IMG/VR virus record: IMGVR_UViG_3300031785_000003
Location: 1 to 55,086 of that record
Strand: one strand, 5' to 3'
Length of the DNA: 55,086 bases
Source: a virus
Taxonomy: Duplodnaviria > Caudoviricetes
Part shown: positions 15,664-24,700 of the stretch, in pieces
How the letters are laid out: every line of letters begins with the position of its first letter
Numbering within the stretch: the stretch's first letter is position 1
Notes under the pieces: model-generated
Seen by the model: the letters and a program-made list of their open reading frames with translations, nothing else
The model's database searches: none
Told to the model about the DNA's origin: nothing
Translations under genes and position numbers: made by a program

Positions 15664-18519
15664 ATGGACACGCTAGAATTTTTAAAGCGAGTCCTACCGA
15701 TAGAAGGTTTCTATGTAACCACTGTCATTAACAAAGACGGAAGACGACAGGGTTTCTTTGATTCGGTAGAAGAACTTGCACAAGTATGTGAGAGGTTAGA
15801 TAGCACAGGTAATAACACTTACTTTGCTATATCTTCTTTCTTACAAAAAGGTAACAGAAAACAAGACAATGTAAAAGCTACTAAGGTAGTAGCAATAGAT
15901 GTGGATTGTGGTGAAGGTAAGCCATATACATCTTGGAAAGAAGGACTACAAGAACTAGGTAAATTTGTACATACAATGAGTTTACCTAAACCAATGATTA
16001 TATACTCAGGTAATGGACTACATGTTTACTGGGTATTAACAGAAGAACTAGAACCACAAGATTGGAAACCGCTAGCTAATGCTATGAAGCAAGCGGCACT
16101 AGATAAAGGATTTAAAATAGATGCAGGACTTACAGCTAACAGTGCATTGGTGTTAAGACCAGTTGGTACACATAACCCAAAGAATGGTAATGAAGTAAAA
16201 CTTTTAGTAGATGCAAAGCCAATAGAAGTCTCTAGTCTAACAAAATCTCTATCATATTTTATTCAAGATGGCCCCATGGTCGATGAAGGTCATACTCGTG
16301 ACAACACGTTGTTAGAAAACTTAGTATCTAAACAAGAGTTCCCACCTGCTGTTGGTTCTGTTGTAGCTTCTAAATGTAAACAGATTGAATGGGCAGTAGA
16401 TAATCAAGACAAAGTAGATGAGCCATTATGGTATGACCTTATAGGTGTCGCCGCTTTCTGTAATGATGCAGAGAAGACAGCAGTACAATGGAGTCAACGA
16501 CACCCCAAGTTTGATTATCATGCCACAGTTAGTAAATTAAAACACTGGAAAGAATCAGCTAGTGGCCCAACAACTTGTGGTAAGTTTGATGTTGATAGGC
16601 CGGGCGGGTGTAAAGGATGTATATATAAAGGTAAGATAGGTTCACCTGCTAGGTTAGGTGTTCAATACCAAGAAGTAGCATTATCAGCAGAAGCACCTGA
16701 TGCTCAAGCTAATCAGATTCCAATACCAAAACCATTTAAAAGAACACAAGATGGTATAAAGATAACCATAGATGATACAGATATAGACATCTGTAAGTTT
16801 GATATATACCCTGTTAGTTATGGGTTAGACGAATCACTAGGGTATGAGACAGTTAGATACCATTGGAATAGACCACACATGGGGTGGCAAGACCTTATAC
16901 TAAGACAAGCATATCTAACAGAAGGCAATCGTGAATTTGCTACAGCTATAGCAGACCAAGGGATTGTGTTATATAACAAAAAACAAACGGAGTATTTTCA
17001 GCTTATGTTAAGAACTTATATGGATGAGTTGAGGCAAATCCGTACTATGACTAACCTCTACTCAACTATGGGTTGGAAAGAAAAGAATACGGCATTTGTT
17101 TTAGGCGATACACTTTTTAAGCGTACAGCAGAAGGAGTGACAGAAGAATCAATTAGTCTTGCATCAGGTATACAAAGGCAGGGCGCGGACTTATATAATA
17201 AAAAAGGTGATGCAGAACAGTGGATAAATCTTACATCAGTATTAGAAAAAGCTGATTTGAAATCACATATGTTTGCTTTAGGTGTTGGATTCTCAGCACC
17301 ACTATATAATTTTACAGGTCTCAAAGGACTGACTGTATCTCTATATGGGCCAACTGGTGGAGGTAAAACACTAGCACAATACTGGGCGCAGTCTATCTAT
17401 GGTAATCCTGACAAGCTACACTTTGCGGCTAAGTACACACAGAACAGCTTGTTCTCTCGACTTGGTACATACGCTAACCTTCCACTGACAATAGACGAAG
17501 TAACTATGATGAATGATAAAGAGGTTGGTGACTTCTGCTATTGGGTATCACAGGGTAGAGATAAAGCTAGACTGAATCGTAACGCTGAAGAAAGAGATGC
17601 AAAGACTTGGTCAACACCTGTCATAGTATCCACTAACAAATCTTTACAAAGTAAACTGATAGCTTCTGGTCTGGATACAGATGCACAAATGGCTCGTCTA
17701 TTAGAACTTACTGTACCATCTGTGCCTTTATTTACTCGTGGCTCTGAAGCAGGTCGTAAAATATATGAAGCTATACATACTCATTATGGGCATGCAGGTA
17801 GACAGTATATTATAAACTTGTTGTCAATGGGTGAAGAAGGTATTCAGTCTGCTATAGCTGAAGCATCAGATAACTTTCATAAGAAATATAAATCTAAGTT
17901 TAGTGGTGAAGAAAGATACTGGGAGCAGTCTATTATACTTGCAGACTTAGGTATGAAACTAGCAGATGAATGGGGTTTGATTAAGTTTGATTATACAAAA
18001 GCAACAGAGTGGGTACTAACACAGATAGGTGCTATCCGTAGAACAGTACAAGAGAATCAAGTTGATTGCTTTGACCTTGTTGCTGAGTATATGGCTGACT
18101 GTGCAGATACTTCTGTAACTGTAATGCACACAGTAGGACAGAAAGCACAGCCTGACTTTGCTAGAATACCAAGAGGTGATATAAGAATTAGATTAGATGT
18201 ATTCCGAAAGTCTCCAGCCGAAGTCTTTGATAAAGGTACAATGATGATTGATAGGACTCACTTCCGCAAATGGTTGTCTGTACGCGGGGCCGATTATAAA
18301 TCATTCAAACAGGAACTTGTTTTAGAGAATGCGTTGGCTACACCGAGATCAGAGAAAGCGTCATTAGGCAAAGATACACCAATTAAACTAGCACAAACTT
18401 ATGTCATAGGTTTTAATCTGACACACCCAAGATTCCAAAGTCTTCTTGAAAATGCAGATGTAGTAGCAGACGACATGGCATACGGACAGTTGCAGGTAGT
18501 TAAAGATAGAGAAGTTTGA
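15664..18519 (+). CDS. Primase-helicase (RepB/AEP-like primase, PriCT-2, DUF927 helicase)
   Basis: DVD, SGNGLHVYW, LRPVGTHN; EPLW..., C...C.GC; Walker A GPTGGGKT, Walker B TIDE, STN. Confidence 0.9.
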   Translation: MDTLEFLKRVLPIEGFYVTTVINKDGRRQGFFDSVEELAQVCERLDSTGNNTYFAISSFLQKGNRKQDNVKATKVVAIDVDCGEGKPYTSWKEGLQELGKFVHTMSLPKPMIIYSGNGLHVYWVLTEELEPQDWKPLANAMKQAALDKGFKIDAGLTANSALVLRPVGTHNPKNGNEVKLLVDAKPIEVSSLTKSLSYFIQDGPMVDEGHTRDNTLLENLVSKQEFPPAVGSVVASKCKQIEWAVDNQDKVDEPLWYDLIGVAAFCNDAEKTAVQWSQRHPKFDYHATVSKLKHWKESASGPTTCGKFDVDRPGGCKGCIYKGKIGSPARLGVQYQEVALSAEAPDAQANQIPIPKPFKRTQDGIKITIDDTDIDICKFDIYPVSYGLDESLGYETVRYHWNRPHMGWQDLILRQAYLTEGNREFATAIADQGIVLYNKKQTEYFQLMLRTYMDELRQIRTMTNLYSTMGWKEKNTAFVLGDTLFKRTAEGVTEESISLASGIQRQGADLYNKKGDAEQWINLTSVLEKADLKSHMFALGVGFSAPLYNFTGLKGLTVSLYGPTGGGKTLAQYWAQSIYGNPDKLHFAAKYTQNSLFSRLGTYANLPLTIDEVTMMNDKEVGDFCYWVSQGRDKARLNRNAEERDAKTWSTPVIVSTNKSLQSKLIASGLDTDAQMARLLELTVPSVPLFTRGSEAGRKIYEAIHTHYGHAGRQYIINLLSMGEEGIQSAIAEASDNFHKKYKSKFSGEERYWEQSIILADLGMKLADEWGLIKFDYTKATEWVLTQIGAIRRTVQENQVDCFDLVAEYMADCADTSVTVMHTVGQKAQPDFARIPRGDIRIRLDVFRKSPAEVFDKGTMMIDRTHFRKWLSVRGADYKSFKQELVLENALATPRSEKASLGKDTPIKLAQTYVIGFNLTHPRFQSLLENADVVADDMAYGQLQVVKDREV

Positions 18520-18763
18520 GAAGATAAGACTCAAGAGAGGTAGGTATTTATATCTCAGATTAGATACTACTAGATATATATTTAGAACACCGCAAGAAAT
18601 CAGACGTATCAATAGAAAACTAATGAGTGGCGACAGAGTTTTAGCTAAAAGAAAAGCCTATTTAAAACGACAACAGGAAATTCATGACTCTTTTATTAGA
18701 AAAAAAGAGGCTAGGAAGCCCGTACAGAAACGTAAGCGTAGGTCTAGGTAGTAAGATACCTCT

Positions 18764-21700
18764 TTAATTATCTAGTTCAATACCCCATATCTCTGCCATC
18801 TCATCAATAGCATCACGGGATTGCTTTGGTGCAGTCTTTCTAAATCTTGCTGTTGCAGTTCGTCTTGCAGCTTTAAAAGATTTGTTTGCAGATTGGGTAA
18901 AGTTTCTAAAATAAAATTCTGAATCTCTACCTACGTCTTTGTTATGTTCATCTACAAACTTTAGTATCCTACGCATCTCACCTCTATCATTATCTAGTTT
19001 AGCTTTTACATAAGCCTGAATGTAATGTGCTTTCATAGATTTTAAATACGCTTGGTTTTGTCTGCTAGCTCTTATGATATCATTTTGTATTGATACAGAG
19101 TATGGATAAAAACCTAACATTCTCCAGAACACTGTCCACCCACCAACGTCTTTTGTTAAGACTGTACCATCTGCTTTAGTTATTCTTCCGTCTTCCATAT
19201 ATGAAAGACCATCAAATATTCCTCGTATAGCTGATGATGGGGCATCTCTTAATATAGACCTAAACTCTGTTGTGTCATCTTTGAGTCCTATGGTTTCAGC
19301 TCCATAACGAGCAAGTTGTGTTCCTGTAGCAAACAGTCCTGCTATTCCTGAGTACACTGGCCCTAAGAAATTTTTTGCTTCTTGCCAGTATTCACCTGAA
19401 TTATTCTTAGCTTGGAACACACCAGTCAGTGGAATTAAATCATTAAAACCAAGTCTTGTAGAGAAGGTAGCTCCAAGTACAGGGTCAAGTATTCCTCTCA
19501 TAAATATTGGTGACGCACCAGGAATGAGAGCATCAATAAGTTTACCTGCTTCCTGTTCAACAGTTCCCATTTTAATACCAAACTTTTGCGCTAATGTTTC
19601 AATTAAATCAGATAAGTCATCAGCAAATGGTAGACCTGATAGACCTGCAAGAACAAACAATGTGCCTAACATAGCGATCCTACCTTTAGGTGATAAGCCT
19701 TTCATTAACTGTACACTAACAATAACAAATTGTTTATACATGAAAATATATTGTGCTAAGTTTCCTCTAGCCATCTCAGGTCTGTTGTACATAGCATATT
19801 CACCCTGTGATGTGTTCACTGCCTTTGTTGCAAATGCCATTGCTCTTTGTTGTACAACCTCTTGTTCAGCTTCCGGAAGTTGAGCGAACCCTCCTTGGTT
19901 AGGATAATCAGTGGCTAGTATTCTTTCTCGTTCTAACCTATATGACGCAAGAAATGTAGCTCGTCTGTTAAGTTGTTCTGTATAAGAAAACATACTCATC
20001 CATGCTTTGATAGCACCATTGTAATTGTTACTAGCTCTACCGCCTCTTGATGTTCCGACTAATGCATTAAACTGTGCAGCCTGTAACACACCCGCACCTG
20101 TGGCTTCTAGCATAGCATTAGCTTCATCTTGTTCAATATTGTATTTAGCTAGTTCATCTGGGTCATTAGCTATTTTATATATAGTATCATAGTTAGCTAA
20201 ACCTCCTCTTTTTATATCAGACACAGCTCGTACCATTGCACCAGTAGAATTAGATAAACCAAATCCTCCACCATACCCTCTATTTTTATTATAAGTACCT
20301 AGGTATGGAATAGTGTGGGTAACCATAGACATTAAGTTAATTCCAGCAGTAGCAAACGAACCACCAAGTTGTAACAACACAGCGGCTAGTTTTAATCTTG
20401 AACCTACATCACCAGACAGTTGGTCTTCTGTTGAATCTACAATACTGGCAGAGTCAGAATAAAACTTAATTAATTTGTTAGCTTCTAATCTATAAGATTC
20501 GCCTCTACCTTCATTGGGTATAAAATCTTTGTTAGTTAAAGTTTCACCTCTTTCTGTTTTTTCTAGACCTTCTCTAGTTTTTGCTTGTTCTTGTGCATTT
20601 ATATCAGCAGAATGACTGTAAGCATATGCATATTGTTCATACTCTCTTTTAGCAGCTTCTCTTTGTTCCTCGCTACCTTTTCTTGTAGCTGCTTCAAGTC
20701 GTTTTAACTTATCAGGATCACCTTTAAAAAAATTATCGTTATCTAATATGTCATTAAGCTGCCATGTAAAAGTAACTTTTCCTGCAACATGCCCCATAGT
20801 TTCTAAATGTTCTGCAACACTTCGTACAACATCTTGATCCCACCCTGGGTTACCTGTTCTCTGTAAACTTTTTCTAGCTCTTTCACTAACTCCTGCTAGT
20901 GAGGTAACAACTCTTTGTCTTTCTTCTATAGTAAGTCCAATGTCTAATCTACTAACAATAGACATAAACTCTGTAAGATTTAATGTATTAGCAAGAGGTT
21001 GTGATTGTCTAGCTTCTGATACTTGTGGTCTAATTGCTACTACAACATCATTACCATCTGAATCTTTCATTTGGTATTTTATAGGTTTACCATCTTTATC
21101 TTGGACAAAATTTTTATTTAAATCATTCATTATATCCATTGCATCTTGTTCGCGCGCAGTTTGAAAATATGGTAGTGACCCAGCGAAATCTTCTTGTAGT
21201 TTAACAGCTGCACCATTTTTTACATTGTATGCCTGCATACGAACTTGGTATTTACCTCGTCTGGTAAACGGAACATAACCTGTCATCATAGTTCGTTTAG
21301 CTTGAAACTCTGCATTTACAATCTGTTGGTTATGTACAAATAAATTTTGAATAGTTCCTGTTATTTGAAAGGCTTTTTCTTTTCCATAATTTATATTAGC
21401 TAAATCTGGTAAGGAAGCAATGATGTCAGAAAATTCATCTGTTTGAAATTCAGCAGTATCGTCAAATGTTGGCTGACCAGTTTCTTTATCTATACTTCTA
21501 CCTGCCCAATCATCTAATTTTTTAGGCACCCACAATGCTCTGTTTATAGCTGCTATAAATCTTTTGCCTTTTTCAAATGATTCATTATTAATATTTCCTT
21601 CAAGGTCGGTATTTTCTCTTACTATTCTAGTATATTCTTCAATAATTCTATTAAAGGTTTGTATGTTTTCATCTGTAGGAAGACCATTTTGTCCTGCTAT

Positions 21701-24700
21701 ATTTTCAATATTGTTTAACGCTGCATCTTTTTGTCCTGTAGCAGAAAGTATATTTGCTTCAAGTACATCAATTGCAGCTTGGTTTACAGCATTTCTATTT
21801 TCTTCATATATTCTATAAGCATTGTCAAACTCTTTATCAGTTATAGCTTCACCTTTTTCATCTACTGTAAATGATTTTGTTTGTCTATCTTTATTAGGTA
21901 GTTGATATAAGATACCTTGTTTAAATTGTTCTTTACTAACTTTACCCATTGCTTCTAACGCACTACGTCTTTCAGTATCTATTACTGGTGCATCACCTTG
22001 TCTATTTAGTAAGGCTTCTTCTTGTTGTATACTGGCTGGAGTATGTTCATTAGCTTTAAACACAGCACCAAAAGCAAGCATCTCACCTCCTATTTGTAGT
22101 TCTCTTGCTGTTGGCCCTCCAGCTAATCCAAACCAATTTGGAGTGTGGGTATACGATGTCATTCTTTCATACTCAGACATTACTCTTCTAGTCTTACCAG
22201 CTGAACGCTGGAATATATTAAATATTTTTTGTAGTCCTTCACTTCTTTGAGCTTTGTTATCTAAAGTTTGCACAGTCTCAGCAACTCTTGCAAACAGTCT
22301 GCTAGTTGCTCTGCCTCTACCTTTAGGAAGATTTTTTAAATACTCTTGAAGTTTATCAAAACTACCAAAGGCTCCTGCTTTTTTATTAAGAGCATAAGCA
22401 TGTGTCCAATTAGTAGCATGTCCACTTGATACATTCTCCATAGAAAATCTACCCTGCTCAGCTTCTGATTCTAATGCTCTTATATTTTCTGCTATTTGTT
22501 TTACACCAACAACACCTTTACCACCTCTCATTAAGTTTCTACGAGATTGTCTTAAGAAGTACCGCGTAATATCTGCATCACCTATATTTATTAAATCACC
22601 CATACCTATTGTATCTAGTACAGCTTGAACTAAACTTCTGATACGATAAATTAAACTATTATCAAATGCTGCAGCTTTATCAGCAAGAACTTCTTCTACA
22701 GCTTCCATCATATCTATACCAGGGCGTGAACGCATTATAGTATCAGCAGCGGCTTTTACATGTTTATCTGTTCTGTATACTTCACGAAGAATAGCATCCA
22801 TTCTACTACGAGGCATGAAAGCACGAAAACCAAAATGCCCCAATGCCTCGTGAGCAACAACCAATCTTGCTTGTTCTTTTGATTTTATATAATCACTAAA
22901 GATTATAACTTGGTCACCAATAGAATATCCAGCTGCTTCTACTGTGTCAAAATCTTTGAGTGGTCTACCAGCTGCTGCGCGTCTGTAAAGCTCTGGGTTA
23001 CTTTGAGCTAGTTCTTGTACATTAGCGACTATAGTAACAGTTGGTTTTACTTTTAATTTGTTAAGAACTTTTTTAACAATGAGTTCTATCTCACCTCTAC
23101 CAAGAGGTTTTACAGGTTTACCATCTGCTCTACGAAATTTTCCTGAGTCATCAGTTTTTTGGTCAGCAGCTTCTACTTGAGCAGTAAGAGATTCTGTTGT
23201 GTTTTCTGTTGCGTCTTGGTTGGTTCCTCTTCTAAGTCTGCTTGCACCTGTTACTTGTGTTTCTGTTGTTTCAGGAGATGCATCAGGTACAAGTCTACCA
23301 TCATACATTCGTTTAACTTTTAACTTACCTCCAGTGGTAAAATAATCTTTTAGTTTACGACCATTAGCCATAGTGTATTCTTTATTTGAGTCGGCAAACA
23401 TCTGTTGCATTTGTTCTGTAGCAGGGTCAACTTTACCTGGAAGGTCAGTTCTTATTTCCATACCATAATTATATGCTCTATATGCACCTCCTTTAATATC
23501 TTGTTTTTCAAGATGTGAATTAATAAGTATGGCTAAGTTTTCACTTTGATTTTCTCTAAATTGTTTTTGTTTATCTGCTACATTTTTTCTACCAGATGCT
23601 CCAAGTGCTAGTTCATATAATTTTCTAAATTCATCCATAGGCATACTTTGACCAAGCAATTGTTTTTTACGCATTATATCTCGTAGTCTGTTTGCAGTTG
23701 CCTCACCAAGGACTGCTTCCTGTCCTGATATGTTTTCTGAAATTGCTTCTATTTGTTTGTTAGTAAACCATGTCGGCATGTCTGCAAGTGCAACTTCAAT
23801 TTCACTAACAAGATTTCTTTTTACAGCATATTCTAACCAAGGTTGTGTTTTACCTCCTATTGTTCCTTTAAGAGTAGCATCTTGACTACTAGCATTTATC
23901 ATTGCAATATAAGCCTTATCTAATGCTTGTTGCTGTAAAGAAGTAAAGTCGGTTAGGTTAAGATAGTTAATAGCCTGTTGTCTTATATCTTTATTTACAC
24001 CTCCTTGCGGATTAAAAAATGCAATCCCCATTAAATTATGGCCAAGCATTTGGGCAGGCCCGTAATCTTTAAATGCTTCTGGAGTTAAATCTACAACATC
24101 AAAATCTGCAATAATAGAATCAATTTCTTCTTGTTGAGAAATTCCGTCTACTCCTCTGTTATCTCTTGCTTCAAATTGTTCTAAAACTTCTTTACCTTGT
24201 ATATTTGTTAACGCAGCTAAATCGCCATTGACTGTATCTTCGGCGACTAAATTACTCCAAAGTGTTTTTAATTTAAATACTTGTTTTGTTCGAGGATGCG
24301 TAACATCTTCTGGTAATCTATCATAAGATAAAGCACCTCCTACAGTTAATGCATTCCACATTTCACGAGGTGTTCTACCTTTAACAGGTACAAAGACATT
24401 ACTTACGAAAGCGATTGATTCCTGAGCGCGTTTTTGCCTAGCGTCTTGGTCAGCTTCCCTAGCTGCTCTTTTTTCATCTTTCGTTGCAAACGCAATCTCG
24501 CGAGTTGTCGCTTTTCTGATTTGCTCCTGGAGCCTATTCTTTTGGGCAGTTGTAAGTTGCTGGGCGTCTCCTCTTCGAATCGCTTGGCCAGCTCCGGTTT
24601 GTTGGCGTACATCCACTTCTTCTGGGCTTCTGATTTGAACGGCATCTTGACTCCTTTCTATTTCTTCTTGTGTTGTTGGTGCTGCTACTCGTCTTCTTAA

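Noticed and set aside
18500-18751. Basic open frame after the primase-helicase (possible +1 frameshift extension, or 42-aa ORF from 18623)
   Set aside because: No start with SD, and no convincing slippery site at GTT TGA
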